From: Nitrospirota bacterium
GTDB taxonomy: Bacteria > Nitrospirota > UBA9217
Length of the DNA stretch: 64,000 nucleotides
Reading direction: 5' to 3'
Assembly: GCA_963818475.1 (NCBI GenBank)
Contig: CAWFSF010000005.1
Location: 640,001-704,000, forward strand
Below the pieces are notes generated by a model. It saw only the letters and a list, made by a program, of their open reading frames with translations. It did not search any database and had not been told where the DNA came from. The position numbers and the translations under genes were made by a program. Positions within the stretch are counted from its first letter, which is position 1, and the number at the start of each line of letters is the position of its first letter. Of this stretch, positions 61,335 through 64,000 are shown piece after piece.

Positions 61335-62099
61335 CTACTTGCCGTCGATCCAGCTCGAGAGCGCATCCGCCGGCCGTGTGCCGCTGAGCACCATTCCGTC
61401 TTCGCGCACCAGCGTGGGGGTCCCGCTGAAACTAAGCGACTTGGCAAGGGCCTTGTTCTTTTCAACCGCCTCGTTGGAACACTTCGGCTCAGGCAGCGTC
61501 TTGCCCGTCAAACGCATCGTCCAGCAGGGTCAACGATTTTTCACACAGAATGGCCTGCACCTTCTTGTACGCGTCCTTGTGCATCTCGAGCGGGAACGAG
61601 GAAGATATAAAATGCCACATCCTTCCGTTTCGCCAGGACCTTCTTCATTTCCTCATGCAGTTTGCGGCAGTAGGGGCAGTCTGGGTCCGTGAACACGACC
61701 ACCTTCTTCTTGGCGTTCTTCGGGCCGAGGACCACCGCGTCCTTGAGCGGTATCTTGCTGAAGTCAACTTTGCGTTCCGGTGCAGGTTTTGCCGATCGAA
61801 TCGATCGGCACGATCTGTCCTGCGACCAGGTACTTCTTCGAAAAATCGATATACAGCGATCCCCGTTTATCGCCTGCATCCACCTCGATCTGCCACAGTC
61901 CCTTGGCAGGCGACAGTTTGATCTCGGCGACCTGGCCGTTCGGGACGATCTTCTTGATGATCTCCTCAGCTTCTTTTTTCTCCAGCTTGTGGCAATCGAT
62001 GCAGTTGCCGGCGCATCCCTCGTGGCTCGAGAAAGCGTTCGTGGTGAACGGTACGAGGAATGCCAGTCCCAGGATCATGATGGCAATATGTTTTTTCAT
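61335..62099 (-). CDS. DsbC-like thiol:disulfide isomerase with N-terminal CxxCH (frameshifts)
   Basis: Signal peptide, GCAGNCIDCH, YIDFSKKYLVAG, VFTDPDCPYC, GTPTLV. Confidence 0.85.
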
Positions 62100-62165
62100 T
62101 TTACGACTCCTTGCAGAGGACGATGCTGATCACTGTCCCGCTGTCATAGTTTATTCAACTGCTGT

Positions 62166-62970
62166 CTATCTCAGTCCCAGCACATCCTGCATGTCGTACA
62201 AACCGGGCTTCTTGCCCACGACCCACTTGGCCGCACGCACCGCGCCGGCGGCAAAGGTGTCCCTGCTGTGTGCGCGGTGGGTGATCTCGATGCGCTCGCC
62301 TTTGCCCGCGAACAGCACCGTATGCTCGCCCACGATGTCGCCGGCGCGCAGCGTCTGGATGCCGATCTCCTTCTTTGAGCGCTCGCCGATCATGCCCTTG
62401 CGCGCATACACGCCGACCTCTTCGAGGTTCCGGTCCACCGCCTGGGCGAGCACCTGCGCCATCTTCATGGCCGTGCCTGACGGCGCGTCCTTCTTCATGC
62501 GATGGTGCGCCTCGACGATCTCCATGTCGTAGTCCTCGCCGATGGTCCGGGCGATCTCGTCCAGGATCTTGAAGCAGAGGTTCACGCCGATGCTCATGTT
62601 CGGCGAAAGCACGCAGGGGATCTTCTGGACATAGGTGCTGACCACGGCAAGCTGTTCCTTGGTAAAACCGGTCGATCCGATCACCAGCGGCCTTGCCCAG
62701 CTCGGCACACAGGCGGATATGTTCGAGGCTGGTCTCGGGAGTGGTGAAATCGATCAGCACGTCGCCGGCCTTGAGCGCGGCCACAAGATCGTCGCTCAGC
62801 TTGACGCCGGTCGCGGAGACGCCTGCCGGGCCTCCGGCATCCTGGCCGAGGAGCGCATGCCCTTTTCGTTCCACCCCTCCGGAGAGGGCGATGCCCTCCG
62901 AGGTTGAAAGTACGTTGATGATGCGCGAGCCCATGCGGCCGGCGGCGCCGGTTACGATTGTTTTGATCAT
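62166..62970 (-). CDS. dapB: 4-hydroxy-tetrahydrodipicolinate reductase (frameshift near 62690)
   Basis: GAAGRMG, LIDFT, VIGSTG, EAHHRMKKDAPSGTA, RAGDIVGEH. Confidence 0.95.
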
Positions 62971-63020
62971 GTAAACCTCTTCTCAACCACTAAGGAATAA
63001 AATTCTACTTAAAATGACAA

Positions 63021-63131
63021 GAATATTTTGCCACGAAGGCACTAAGACACGAAGTACGGCCTTACTCGAACCGGCAAAACAGGAGCTTAAAGGTTTTGCC
63101 ATTCTTCGTGACTTCGCGTCTTCGTGGCAAA
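63021..63131. repeat. 9-bp-period palindromic element
   Basis: gccacgaaggcactaagacacgaag ... cttcgtgacttcgcgtcttcgtggc; first 40 nt identical to 34558-34597. Confidence 0.85.
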
Positions 63132-63164
63132 TTTTGTTCAGGCTGTACGGGTTTCAGGTATTTG

Positions 63165-64000
63165 CTATGAGATCAGCCCGTACTCCTTCAGCGTCTTCTT
63201 GAGTTTGTCCTTGTTCGCGTCGCTCATGGGGCAGAGCGGCAGACGGAACTCTTCCGCGATCTTGCCCATGAGCGCCAGCGAGGTCTTGGCCGGGATCGGG
63301 TTCGTCTCGATGAACATGGCGCTGTGCAGCGGCTCCATCTTGTAGTGGAACTTGAGCGCCTCCTCCATCTTGCCGGCAAAGAAGGCGTCGAACATTCCGG
63401 CGCAGTCGGCAGGCGCGACGTTCGCGGTCACCGATATGGCGCCCACGCCGCCGAGGGCAAGCATGGGAAGCGTCGTAAAATCGTCGCCGGAAAGAACGTC
63501 AAAATCCCTGCCGCAGAGCCGGATGATCTCGCTGATCTGCTTCAGATCGCCGGTGGCCTCCTTGAGGCCGACGATGTTCTTCAGCTCCCGCAGCCGCGCC
63601 ACCGTCGCCGGCAGCATGTTCACGCTCGTTCTGCCCGGAACATTGTACAGGACGATCGGGATATCCACGGACTCGGCCACATGCTTGAAATGGTGATAGA
63701 GGCCTTCCTGCGTCGGCTTGTTGTAGTAGGGGGTAATGAGCAGCACGCCGTTCGCGCCCGCCTTCTGCGCATATTTCGTGAGCTCCACGGTCTCGCTCGT
63801 GCTGTTCGAGCCTGCACCGGCAATAACGGGTACGCGCTTGTTCACGGTCTTCACCGTGAACTCCACCACCCGGTGGTGCTCTTCATGCGAGAGCGTGGCG
63901 GACTCTCCGGTCGTGCCGCACGGCACGATCACATCCGTCCCGTTCTTGATCTGAAACTCGATCAGGTCGCCGAGCGCCTTTTCGTCCACCTTCCCGTTCT
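63165..64000 (-). CDS. dapA: 4-hydroxy-tetrahydrodipicolinate synthase (5' end off window)
   Basis: GTTGESATL, PYYNKP, LYNVPGRT, GLKEATGD, ETNPIP.K. Confidence 0.96.
   Translation of the reverse strand, partial: NGKVDEKALGDLIEFQIKNGTDVIVPCGTTGESATLSHEEHHRVVEFTVKTVNKRVPVIAGAGSNSTSETVELTKYAQKAGANGVLLITPYYNKPTQEGLYHHFKHVAESVDIPIVLYNVPGRTSVNMLPATVARLRELKNIVGLKEATGDLKQISEIIRLCGRDFDVLSGDDFTTLPMLALGGVGAISVTANVAPADCAGMFDAFFAGKMEEALKFHYKMEPLHSAMFIETNPIPAKTSLALMGKIAEEFRLPLCPMSDANKDKLKKTLKEYGLIS

Noticed and set aside
13356-62970. Mass pseudogenisation or programmed frameshifting
   Set aside because: The indels hit essential genes without premature-stop decay or consistent slippery motifs; sequencing error is more parsimonious.
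14893-63131. CRISPR array
   Set aside because: Repeats are dispersed inverted pairs, not regularly spaced direct repeats; no cas genes.

Overview
A 64-kb bacterial chromosomal segment, visually GC-rich. Gene content and repeat style suggest a Nitrospirota/Desulfobacterota-like organism (inference only). The left ~29 kb is an accessory-rich region with three large secreted repeat proteins on the minus strand: a double RCC1 propeller plus LamG, a double FG-GAP propeller plus NHL and Ig-like repeats, and a 5x PPC-like lipoprotein. It also holds a pentaheme cytochrome c and a 12.4-kb NTase-TPM-LemA-TetR-TolC-RND-MacAB gene run. The most unusual structure is non-coding. (i) A 'ghost' copy of that run at 6676-7075 consists only of its promoter, its first 169 coding nt joined to its last 63 nt, and the downstream terminator. 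(ii) A ~240-bp upstream module is shared, with conserved spacing, by two unrelated surface-protein genes 24.3 kb apart. Together these suggest a slot that accumulates swappable surface-protein cassettes. The right part is mostly housekeeping (trxB fusion, ECF sigma/anti-sigma, mreBCD-mrdA-rodA, radical SAM, rng, panC, folK, dapL, dapB, dapA), with a DUF2769-like/ferredoxin/adenylate cyclase fusion and a GAF-GGDEF protein. At least four families of intergenic palindromic repeats are present. Many essential genes carry small frameshifts, mostly apparent single-base insertions, so the sequence very likely contains assembly indel errors. No rRNA, tRNA, CRISPR array, transposase, integrase or reverse transcriptase was recognised.
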